A stretch of DNA of 64,000 nucleotides from a virus. A program made the position numbers and the translations under genes. The DNA lies in IMG/VR virus record IMGVR_UViG_3300020420_000721, positions 1 through 64,000 of that record; one strand, 5' to 3'. This document shows positions 16,863 through 25,417 of the stretch, in pieces (positions within the stretch are counted from its first letter, which is position 1; each line of letters begins with the position of its first letter). The notes beneath the pieces are model-generated. The model did no database searches and was not told where the DNA came from. It saw nothing but the letters and a program-made list of their open reading frames with translations.

Positions 16863-18040
16863 TAGTTGTTCCCCGCACTGTTTGCTCTAGTAAATGTGTC
16901 TCTATTAACTAGTTTGTAATCTTTATCTACAACGTATCCTTCATGGCCACGTTCTCCGTCAGTGTATGCTATTACATCACCGTCCTGTTGATCAAGTTGA
17001 TTGATTACATAATTTTTTATTTTTTGAATCTGTTTTACAAATTGAAAAATAGCTACTAAACCTTTTTCATGTTGTTGTAACCATTGCATTATTCTATTCT
17101 TTTTTGGTTCACTTATATCTGATTGTGAAGTTATCCATTGCCCAAAATCTGAACCTAGTTCATCTAATTTTCCAGCTTTAGTTTTTGAATTTATATACTT
17201 GTACATTAAGTCATTAAAATTTTTCATTTTTAGTTCTGCAGGAATATCTAACATTTTATCAATATCTTGTGAATTAGATTGTAGAAACTGTTCTGATTTT
17301 TCTAAACCCGGTATATCAATATCTGGGGCTTGGGTTACTGTTATTGGTGGAATTACAAATAAATCTGTACTCCCAAATTTATCTTGTGGTGCTTTAGATT
17401 TATTGCCTTCCAAATCAATCATTAGATGTATAACTACACCAGCCTTACTTTGTAGCATACGTTTCCCTAAATCGCTTTTTGCATCGACTTCGTAAACTGT
17501 AGTATTTGGCTTGATTGTAACTTTACCTTTTGATTCAGTTGGCGGACTTGCATATAGTAAATCACCATGTACATATCCTCTAAAATCTTCTGGAACACCA
17601 CCTTCAAAATATGGCCATAAACTAGCCATCTTAGATGCATATACTCTTCTTCCAGGATCGTCTGATTTTCTACCCACCAGCATCGCTTCCAAGTCTTTTG
17701 GATTTGTTACTCTCCCGTTGTATGTAGATGCACCAAAGCCGGATTTATCTGTTAAAACAAATTCACCTTTATCATTACGTCCAAAAATAATTGCTGGTTT
17801 ACCGTCCCATTTAATTGTTGCGGATTGTGGGTTAGATTCTAACTGCCTTAATATGCCGATAGCCTTTTTGCCTCCCTGTGTGCCAGACCAGAGGATTAAG
17901 TCTTCTATATGTTGAATACGAGCGGAATTCGCGGCTTCTGATAGATGTTTATCATATATGCCTTTTCCTTTAATACGATGAAATCTACTGCTACGATGTC
18001 TTCTCTTTTTTGTACCACCTATAATATCTTTTATTTTCAT
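16862..18040 (-). CDS. Ligase-superfamily nucleotidyltransferase-like protein with basic propeptide
   Basis: KWDG (motif I), GDL, EGYVV (IV), KLV (V); HLSE-A after a K/R/H-rich leader. Confidence 0.6.
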   Translation of the reverse strand: MKIKDIIGGTKKRRHRSSRFHRIKGKGIYDKHLSEAANSARIQHIEDLILWSGTQGGKKAIGILRQLESNPQSATIKWDGKPAIIFGRNDKGEFVLTDKSGFGASTYNGRVTNPKDLEAMLVGRKSDDPGRRVYASKMASLWPYFEGGVPEDFRGYVHGDLLYASPPTESKGKVTIKPNTTVYEVDAKSDLGKRMLQSKAGVVIHLMIDLEGNKSKAPQDKFGSTDLFVIPPITVTQAPDIDIPGLEKSEQFLQSNSQDIDKMLDIPAELKMKNFNDLMYKYINSKTKAGKLDELGSDFGQWITSQSDISEPKKNRIMQWLQQHEKGLVAIFQFVKQIQKIKNYVINQLDQQDGDVIAYTDGERGHEGYVVDKDYKLVNRDTFTRANSAGNN

Positions 18041-18285
18041 TTATTATTCCTGATTTTTTTAACACCACGAATAAAACGGTCATTATCCCTATTCTTAATA
18101 CTTAACATAACTCTCTTCGTCAAGTCTTGGGCTAATTCACCATCAAAATTTTGTTCAATCATTTCTAAAAGATTAATTATAGCCGTAATTGCATTATTTC
18201 CACGACTCTCTAATAATTCTACTCTATTACGAGCTGGTGAAATACTATTAATTTCTTCTAGAATTGATTTGGTACGTTTTTCCAC
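18037..18285 (-). CDS. Hypothetical protein
   Basis: GTG start with GGAG RBS; first gene after late promoter. Confidence 0.7.
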   Translation of the reverse strand: MEKRTKSILEEINSISPARNRVELLESRGNNAITAIINLLEMIEQNFDGELAQDLTKRVMLSIKNRDNDRFIRGVKKIRNNK

Positions 18286-18286
18286 T

Positions 18287-18327
18287 TTGGTGTTCTCCTA
18301 TATGTTGTATTTAGCATAAAACACCAA
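18287..18327 (-). promoter_or_regulatory. Late promoter inside an RBS-region hairpin
   Basis: TTGGTGTT..AACACCAA outer stem, TATG/CATA inner stem, TAAATA (18308-18313) in the loop. Confidence 0.6.
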
Positions 18328-18328
18328 T

Positions 18329-19714
18329 TTAATCCTGCCGTTTTAGGATACTACGTAATCTATCGACGTTCTCTACTGCCTTTTCAACAGTATCATTCTC
18401 ACTCATATTCTGATTATGTGTAGGTTTCTTCTTCATTAAGTCATATGCCGCTGTTGCAGAGTTTGTTTCATAGTCTTTTTCACTATCATCTAAGTCAGTA
18501 ATACGTAATCCAGCTATATCAAATGCTAAATCTACTTTGTTTCCTACACCACTACTACTTCTAGTCTTCATAAATTGTACTTGATAACGCCCTCGTTCTC
18601 TCATTACTTGGCTTGTAAATATACCAATAACGTTATCTGCTGTCTGTACTTTACTTAAACCACCAGCAATATGAGAGTGATCAAACTCTATTTCTTCTAC
18701 TGCACTTCTATTCAACTGCGATGCCGTTGCAAATAATAAATCCATTTCAACTGCAAAATTACGTAACTCTTCAGAAACAAACTTATCTTTAATAAACAAA
18801 TCACTTGCACTAATTCTTTTTTGTGCAGGCATCATTAGATCTAAATAATCAAGTAACATACAATCTACTTTAATTCCTGTTTTTACTTGATACTCTCTTA
18901 AATAAGAATTTAATTGATTTACTGTAATACCACTAGGCATTTGTACAATCTGTAAACTACCTGCTTTTTTACCTTGTAGACGTACTTTTAAATCAACATC
19001 TTCTACATTACGAAATACATCTTTTGTAGTATATCCTGTTAGCATACTATCAAGTCTCATACTACATAATTCTTCACTTAATTCTAAACTTACGTATATA
19101 ACATTAAGCCCTTGAAGAGCCCAGTTCAAACCTAAGTTCTGTAAAAATAAACTTTTACCACCACCGGATGCCGCCGCAAAAATATTTAATTCACCTCTGT
19201 TAAATCCACCATATAATTTGTTATCAATATCTTTCCAACCTGTACTAACACCACCACGTTGACTTCTTACTTTTTCAATACGAGCTGAAGGACTTTCCCA
19301 ATAATCTGTCCCCATATGTTTTGCTAGTCCAACCTGAACTGCATCTTTTACTAGCTTTTCTACTGCTGAATATTGTCCTTTTTCTAACATATCAGTACTA
19401 GTTAGAATTGCTTTTTCTAATGCCTTATGCTGACAGAATTGTTCAAACTCATCTATAAACCAATCTTTATGTCTGTCATCTATTTCTGTACTTAAACCAT
19501 TAAGTTCAGTTCCTGTAGTTGCTTTTATCTGTTCTTGGCTAGGCAATGCATTATATTTTCCGGCGTGTTCACGGATAAACTCAACTGTCTTACGTAATGT
19601 TCTATCAAAGAAATCATTTTCAATAATTCCATTCACACGTACAAATAAATCTTGATCATGTGCCAAGAACTCCAAGAATAATTTTTGCATCTCTAGATTA
19701 TAATCTTTTTCCAT
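18329..19714 (-). CDS. Replicative DnaB-like helicase (gp41-like)
   Basis: AASGGGKS Walker A, SLELSE, LLDYLDLM, TASQLNR, KTR; TAATG overlap with primase. Confidence 0.93.
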   Translation of the reverse strand: MEKDYNLEMQKLFLEFLAHDQDLFVRVNGIIENDFFDRTLRKTVEFIREHAGKYNALPSQEQIKATTGTELNGLSTEIDDRHKDWFIDEFEQFCQHKALEKAILTSTDMLEKGQYSAVEKLVKDAVQVGLAKHMGTDYWESPSARIEKVRSQRGGVSTGWKDIDNKLYGGFNRGELNIFAAASGGGKSLFLQNLGLNWALQGLNVIYVSLELSEELCSMRLDSMLTGYTTKDVFRNVEDVDLKVRLQGKKAGSLQIVQMPSGITVNQLNSYLREYQVKTGIKVDCMLLDYLDLMMPAQKRISASDLFIKDKFVSEELRNFAVEMDLLFATASQLNRSAVEEIEFDHSHIAGGLSKVQTADNVIGIFTSQVMRERGRYQVQFMKTRSSSGVGNKVDLAFDIAGLRITDLDDSEKDYETNSATAAYDLMKKKPTHNQNMSENDTVEKAVENVDRLRSILKRQD

Positions 19715-20727
19715 TATGCACAATATCCTTTCATTTTTACTTTTATTTTCACAGGGTTTTTTATAGCATTATCTAGTATAGTTCTTATAGTATAAAGTCT
19801 GCCATATTTTAACATTGCATCTGATGCATCTTTGCAATTACTCCATTCTGGAAAACTAACTTTCCAGCCACGATCAATTGCTGTATGAACTGAATCACGA
19901 CCAGATTCATCTGCATCCGGCAATAGTATAACATCTTTATTTAAGTTGTCAATAATGTCTGCCTGTTGTTCATTTATATTATTATTACCTATGGCTACTC
20001 CATCTGTTACAATAGCATCTATAGGACCTTCAGTTACAATTACTACTTTTTTATCTTTTTGTCTATCTAATCCATAAACAAAATTATTTTTTGGTTGCTG
20101 ATTAAAATATTTAGCAGTACCTTCAGGCACATCTCCAATCCATCGAGCAGTATACCCTACTACTTTTCCTTTATATGTAAATGGTATAATAAATCTTTTC
20201 TTCATTAAGCCAGGTCTGACTGCATCACTATACATAAATCTTTGATCACCAGGATTGAAACCTCTTTTTGCAAGATACTCTATAGCTTCTAACATTTCAT
20301 CTGTAGCTTTATCATCTTCCCATTCAGTAAATGGTTTTGCATTACTAGGAAGTTTCATTTCCTCCCAATCTATAATTACTTTCTTTTTAGCTTTCTTTTT
20401 CTCAATTATAGTAGAAACATCTTCTTCACGTAAAAGTTCTAATGCAAGTCTTTGTATATCAGCTTCTTGCACTCCAAATTGCTGAAGTAACTTTTTTAAT
20501 TTACCACTAAATCTTGAACCAGGTTCCCATCTGGCAGTATAGCCACAATTAAAACAATGATAGCCAAATCCTTCACCATCAAATTTAAATCCGCCTCTAC
20601 CTTTTGAGTCAGGTCTGCTTTCGCCATTTACAATGCATACAGGACAATTTCCATGTATCCATCCACTTGGCGCCTGAGCCCAATTTACAGGAATAAGCTG
20701 TCGTACGTAATCTGTCAATACTGGCAT
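19714..20727 (-). CDS. DNA primase (gp61-like)
   Basis: Zn finger CPVC..HCFNC; TOPRIM TEGPIDA, PDAD..G, KDASD. Confidence 0.92.
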   Translation of the reverse strand: MPVLTDYVRQLIPVNWAQAPSGWIHGNCPVCIVNGESRPDSKGRGGFKFDGEGFGYHCFNCGYTARWEPGSRFSGKLKKLLQQFGVQEADIQRLALELLREEDVSTIIEKKKAKKKVIIDWEEMKLPSNAKPFTEWEDDKATDEMLEAIEYLAKRGFNPGDQRFMYSDAVRPGLMKKRFIIPFTYKGKVVGYTARWIGDVPEGTAKYFNQQPKNNFVYGLDRQKDKKVVIVTEGPIDAIVTDGVAIGNNNINEQQADIIDNLNKDVILLPDADESGRDSVHTAIDRGWKVSFPEWSNCKDASDAMLKYGRLYTIRTILDNAIKNPVKIKVKMKGYCA

Positions 20728-20733
20728 AGTAGT

Positions 20734-20762
20734 ATATTATAGTCTAATTACTACTTTGTCAA
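20734..20762 (-). promoter_or_regulatory. Sigma70 promoter for primase with leaderless geometry
   Basis: TTGACA-N17-TAATAT-N6-ATG. Confidence 0.65.
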
Positions 20763-21564
20763 GTGATCCTTGCCCGTTTTGGTGTTTTGTACGCAGAAAT
20801 TTTAGATTTGATTTTAAACTAAAGGGTTCAATACCAGTTTCATTAGTAAAATAGTGGAATTTTTGTTGTACCGATAGCTCTAGGTCGAACCAATCACTAG
20901 TACTTGGAGAATCACTAGTTGTACCTTGTAAATAAAATTCACCAGTATAGTTATCTGTATATACTGCAAATGTCACTAACCCAGAGTTTTTACCCCAATA
21001 TGTTGGTCCATAAAATACCTTGCTAATACTATAACCATCTCCCTGATCAAAGAAGTCTTTTTCAACCTGTGTTAATAAAGGAATGTAGTTATTTTCGTCA
21101 CTAATCTCACACTGATAATGTGGTGTTAAATTTTGATCTGTAAATAGAGGAAGAGTTTCCCCTCTTTCATTTGTATATGTTAATACAACATCAACTAGAC
21201 TTGGTGCATCTAGTCCATGAATATCAGCTGTATCAATTGTTACTTTTACTTCGCCTCTGTCAGGATCTACTACTTCACATTTTTTATTAACAATACTAGT
21301 TTTTTGCCTACGTGTTACAATACTAATATTAACATGAGCTCCATGTAAGGGAAGTGGTTTTCTGTCTTGATCTCTAACAAAGAATCTTAGAGCATTATGT
21401 AGTCCTTTGAATATTTTTAGTCTTCTATAATTTAAAGGTGACTGAATAGTTGTACCTCTAGCACTACTATATTGGCTAAATCCAGCACGTGTTCTGTTGT
21501 CTTGTAGGGCGAATAAATCACCTGTTTGTGTTATATCATACCCTGTACTAAAGTTTTGACTCAT
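20737..21564 (-). CDS. Hypothetical virion structural protein (two beta-sandwich domains)
   Basis: Beta-rich 275 aa; GGAG RBS. Confidence 0.6.
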   Translation of the reverse strand: MSQNFSTGYDITQTGDLFALQDNRTRAGFSQYSSARGTTIQSPLNYRRLKIFKGLHNALRFFVRDQDRKPLPLHGAHVNISIVTRRQKTSIVNKKCEVVDPDRGEVKVTIDTADIHGLDAPSLVDVVLTYTNERGETLPLFTDQNLTPHYQCEISDENNYIPLLTQVEKDFFDQGDGYSISKVFYGPTYWGKNSGLVTFAVYTDNYTGEFYLQGTTSDSPSTSDWFDLELSVQQKFHYFTNETGIEPFSLKSNLKFLRTKHQNGQGSLDKVVIRL

Positions 21565-21573
21565 CTATTTCTC

Positions 21574-21711
21574 CTAGAATATAGCTTGTAATAGTAATAC
21601 TATTAGAACACCTTTAAAAAATGATACCCAATATATACCGTAGTGAGACATCTTCATCATTTGTCTACACTTCTCACAATAATTCTTATGCCATTGAATA
21701 ATCTTATTCAT
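21574..21711 (-). CDS. 45-aa small membrane protein (not in ORF track)
   Basis: MNKIIQWHKNYCEKCRQMMKMSHYGIYWVSFFKGVLIVLLLQAIF; AAGGAG RBS; TAAATA upstream. Confidence 0.7.
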   Translation of the reverse strand: MNKIIQWHKNYCEKCRQMMKMSHYGIYWVSFFKGVLIVLLLQAIF

Positions 21712-21772
21712 ATCGACTCCTTAATGGTATTTATCCGAAACTCGACTTTCTTCTATGCTAAATAGAAGTAAG

Positions 21773-22144
21773 ATGAAAACAGATTACCAAGAACTTTTAC
21801 AAAACTACCCGTTTTTAACCTTAATCAACTATGCAGAAGTTGAATATTTAGGTATCTTGCAGAATGTAGACACACAAATTGCTAGTATGTATATGTACGA
21901 GCGATTACGTTCTGTAGAGGAAAAAGCAAGATTTCTAAAACTTGGTGAAGAATGGTGGTGGGAAACAAATAGAAAATTACCCATCAATATAGCACTTCTC
22001 AATCGTTGGCCTTTTCAATATGCTATTCAAAGTTTCTCAGTAAAACAAATGGAAATCTTACAAGGACCAACAGTAAAATTAGCAAATTCAATTACGAAAA
22101 GAATTAAAAGACGTTCAATTAGTCTTGTAAAGAAAAACCTTTAG
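21773..22144 (+). CDS. Hypothetical protein (WWWE motif)
   Basis: Plus-strand ORF filling a gap; TAAATA 8 nt before the ATG at 21773. Confidence 0.7.
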   Translation: MKTDYQELLQNYPFLTLINYAEVEYLGILQNVDTQIASMYMYERLRSVEEKARFLKLGEEWWWETNRKLPINIALLNRWPFQYAIQSFSVKQMEILQGPTVKLANSITKRIKRRSISLVKKNL

Positions 22145-22703
22145 TCAACATATTTAATTGTAAAACAATCGCATGAGCATATGCAAACGCATGAGCTTTT
22201 TTAAAGTAATAATCGTCACCCTTTGGCTTGATCCATACTTCATGTAAAATTGTATCCCAATCTTTATCTAATAGATATCTTTTTGCTGGACGGATTACTG
22301 CTAAAACTGCGGCTAATTGTTCTATATTTTGTGGTTTTAGTTTCCTGACTATCTCAAAATGATTGTGTATATGGAATAACTGTTCAACTACTTCTTTATG
22401 TTCTAATAATTCCCACATGGGTTCCATGTCTAATAGTTCATCTAGTTGTTCTTTACTCTCTATATTTTTATAGATACTAACATTAAGAATATCTAATTTA
22501 AAATATCCTAGTTCTTCAGCTTCTTTATAATCAACTGTTGACAAACCATTAAATGGATTTTCAGGAATCTTATGAAAATAAACACCTGTGTTATGTTTTC
22601 TAATCTTATTTTTTTCATTAATAGTTGCCGGAGTATGTTTAATAAGTGTTAGTAACTTATTTCTATCTGCAACATCAATATCAATATCTGTATTAACTAT
22701 CAT
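22119..22703 (-). CDS. Miniature DNA polymerase III alpha (C-family) catalytic core
   Basis: DIDID, KHNTGVY, ELGYFKLDIL, LKP..IRP, YFKKAHAFAYA in DnaE order; ATGA-coupled start. Confidence 0.8.
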   Translation of the reverse strand: MIVNTDIDIDVADRNKLLTLIKHTPATINEKNKIRKHNTGVYFHKIPENPFNGLSTVDYKEAEELGYFKLDILNVSIYKNIESKEQLDELLDMEPMWELLEHKEVVEQLFHIHNHFEIVRKLKPQNIEQLAAVLAVIRPAKRYLLDKDWDTILHEVWIKPKGDDYYFKKAHAFAYAHAIVLQLNMLTKGFSLQD

Positions 22704-23440
22704 ATTTTTAAAATATTCCCACAATAAGCCAAGTATATCTTATACTGTTTTTCCATTTCTTCTGTATATATACATTCTAATTTACTACATAATTCTTTAA
22801 TGTCAAGAGCAAATATATCAACCCATATGTCAGCTGGATATGGATTTGAATTATCAGAAGCTATTTCCAATGCTTTTTCTTTATCTGCATCAGTTACGCA
22901 TCTATCAAATCCCCAATGAAATGCACATTGTAACTTCCAAAAAGGTATAGTATCTTCTTTAAAATAATCAGAATAAGTATCATACATATGTTTTTTATAT
23001 GCTGGATCATCTTGATGATGATCGTGTATATGCATATCAAAGGCTCGTTTTGGATTAAGAATTATTCTTTCCATATAGTTTTTCCACCAATATTTAAATA
23101 CTTTAGGCTTTCCTTTAATACCAAGTTTTATAGCAGGAGTTTCCCATGTATCACTATGCCACATACCATAACTTATTCCCCAAACACCAGGTTGATTTCC
23201 CGAAGCCATTATGTCATTTAGTTTATCAAAACTTGTTTGACTTTCCTGTATTTCAATCCATTTATGTGACCAGTGTTCTGGATCTGCATTATGATTATCC
23301 CAAGGATCACTCTGTGTTGAAGTTAACTGTTCTTCATTACATAAAAAATTATTTGTTTTATAAGAAGGACTTTGTTCAAGAATCCATCCAAGTATTCCTA
23401 CCTCTGCTCCAAATGTTCCGTAGACGTGTACATTTTTCAT
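22700..23440 (-). CDS. Hypothetical protein, possibly degenerate sulfotransferase/P-loop fold
   Basis: N-terminal VYGTFGAEVG strand-loop-helix; W/H-rich; coupled at both ends. Confidence 0.5.
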   Translation of the reverse strand: MKNVHVYGTFGAEVGILGWILEQSPSYKTNNFLCNEEQLTSTQSDPWDNHNADPEHWSHKWIEIQESQTSFDKLNDIMASGNQPGVWGISYGMWHSDTWETPAIKLGIKGKPKVFKYWWKNYMERIILNPKRAFDMHIHDHHQDDPAYKKHMYDTYSDYFKEDTIPFWKLQCAFHWGFDRCVTDADKEKALEIASDNSNPYPADIWVDIFALDIKELCSKLECIYTEEMEKQYKIYLAYCGNILKI

Positions 23441-24111
23441 TTCATTCCTGCCTCTTCTAATACTTTTCCAACCCAATTATAATCTTCTGGACGTCTTTTA
23501 ATTATACTTTTCCAACTGTCTGGATCAATATAATCTAATACCATATTAATCTGTTCTTGGTTAAGTTTACTAATTAATGATTCAGCCTGTGAACTTGAAT
23601 ATATAAGCCATGGACTAATCTTGCCACTACAAATATGAAATACTGCTACATTAGTTGGCACCTGAATAAAATAATTACTCCATTCTGTATTGTTTTGTTC
23701 ACCCCATTCACGTAGAAATAATATAGTTCTTTCTAATGCTCTATCTGCTGATTCTCTCTTTAATCTAGATTTGATCCATGTTTTAAAATGTGTATCTCTA
23801 CCCCAATGATCTAGTTTTACTTGATTCTTTAGTAAATATTCTGTAAAATCTGAGATATCATCAACACGTAAATCTTCACAATAAGTTCCAAACTTACAGA
23901 ATGCTGAATAATATTGACTACCTACAAAGTCATCATATGTTTTATCTGCTTTAGAATTTGTACCAATCTTATAAAATAGTTGATATGCTCTGAAACCTAA
24001 TTGAACTGATTTATCATTTTTCTGTAAATGTCTACGTTTTGGTTCACACGTATGGACTGCCAGAGTATTTTCTCTTTTAAATTCTCTTCCACAATATTCA
24101 CATTTAAACAT
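23437..24111 (-). CDS. Zinc-finger protein
   Basis: N-terminal CEYC-x12-H-x-C; helical remainder. Confidence 0.7.
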   Translation of the reverse strand: MFKCEYCGREFKRENTLAVHTCEPKRRHLQKNDKSVQLGFRAYQLFYKIGTNSKADKTYDDFVGSQYYSAFCKFGTYCEDLRVDDISDFTEYLLKNQVKLDHWGRDTHFKTWIKSRLKRESADRALERTILFLREWGEQNNTEWSNYFIQVPTNVAVFHICSGKISPWLIYSSSQAESLISKLNQEQINMVLDYIDPDSWKSIIKRRPEDYNWVGKVLEEAGMK

Positions 24112-24452
24112 TAATGATTTCGTTTCCCATCAAATACACAGACAAAATAACAACCATCTTTACCTGCATGAACCCTATGAAAGAATCCATCTTTTATTAA
24201 AACTATACTGCCAGGTTCAACATCATGTATTATCTTTTCTGCGTTTGGACTAATTAATTCTATTTTACCTTCACCTTTAACAAAATAGTAAACTTCTTCT
24301 TGTCCACTATGTGCATGACCCGTAGTACTCTTTCCAGGTTTGAGATCAGTACTACTTAACACTAAATTGTTAAGAGTCTTGTTGTCTTTTAATGTATATG
24401 TTTCATTATCTTTTATGACATCTCCTCCGATGTCTAGTACGTTTAATTTCAT
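24111..24452 (-). CDS. Cupin domain protein
   Basis: HAHSGQEEVYYF..G and G..HRV motifs. Confidence 0.85.
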   Translation of the reverse strand: MKLNVLDIGGDVIKDNETYTLKDNKTLNNLVLSSTDLKPGKSTTGHAHSGQEEVYYFVKGEGKIELISPNAEKIIHDVEPGSIVLIKDGFFHRVHAGKDGCYFVCVFDGKRNH

Positions 24453-24916
24453 TTGAATAACTTTTTTACTTCCTTTAATTCCATACCATGTTGTAACATA
24501 AGATCCTGTATTTCCTCTTTTGGTGTCAAAGAAATATATAGATCACACTCATCATCATTCCATTCAGGATTTTGTTCCTTTACCCATTTTAAAACCTTAT
24601 TGTCCTTACCACGTTTGCCTGGAGCAAGCCACGGATGAAATTGTGCTTTACCTAAGCCTACTACTTGCATTAATTTAAATTGTAATTCAGGATGTGTTCT
24701 AAGAATATTAGAATGTGTATTAACTAATTCATTTGTCCATTCAATGTAATGTGTTTCAAAGTCTTTAATACTATGTTTGACACTACTTAGATATCTAGTG
24801 AGTACCCAGATATTAAGACTTTTCTTTTCTTCATCAGTAAGACTATTGTACCACGTTCTATTCTTAGTATCAATAGCCTGCATTTCAGTTTTAATTGTTA
24901 GTGTAGCTTTATTCAT
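24449..24916 (-). CDS. Putative clamp loader small subunit (gp62-like)
   Basis: W..TRYLS..NELVN..LQF..FHPW pattern; replication context. Confidence 0.5.
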   Translation of the reverse strand: MNKATLTIKTEMQAIDTKNRTWYNSLTDEEKKSLNIWVLTRYLSSVKHSIKDFETHYIEWTNELVNTHSNILRTHPELQFKLMQVVGLGKAQFHPWLAPGKRGKDNKVLKWVKEQNPEWNDDECDLYISLTPKEEIQDLMLQHGMELKEVKKLFK

Positions 24917-25417
24917 TTACCATATCTCATTTATAGATAATTGCTCTGGAACCTTATTTGCTTCTTTAATAAACAATGCACATGGAGGATTTGCTCCATC
25001 ACATAATGGCACAACCAAAAAATGTCCAAATTTTAATTTAGGAGCATACCATTTATAATCAGTATATACGTTTTCTATTGAAACGTCAAGATATGAAGGG
25101 TTATACCCTTTAATTGGATTAATAACAAAGGCTGTAAATCCTCTATCATTAAGACTCATTAAACTTACTACTTCTGGTTCCCCAACTTCTGCATCACTGA
25201 TAACGATACTCCAGTCTAACGGCACTTGTATTTTATATTCACCTATAGTCATAACTGCCGCTGGGCTATAGAAGCTCTCTAAGAATACTAAAGGAATAAA
25301 ATAGTAATCTATGTTTCCTGGATTTGAATAGTCTAATATACCATATCTTAAATCTTCTACTTGTTCAGGAACTTCATCTAATTCATAGGTGACGTTTTCT
25401 GCTGTCAATATTTTCAT
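24917..25417 (-). CDS. Hypothetical beta-rich protein
   Basis: 166 aa coupled to uvsW. Confidence 0.7.
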   Translation of the reverse strand: MKILTAENVTYELDEVPEQVEDLRYGILDYSNPGNIDYYFIPLVFLESFYSPAAVMTIGEYKIQVPLDWSIVISDAEVGEPEVVSLMSLNDRGFTAFVINPIKGYNPSYLDVSIENVYTDYKWYAPKLKFGHFLVVPLCDGANPPCALFIKEANKVPEQLSINEIW

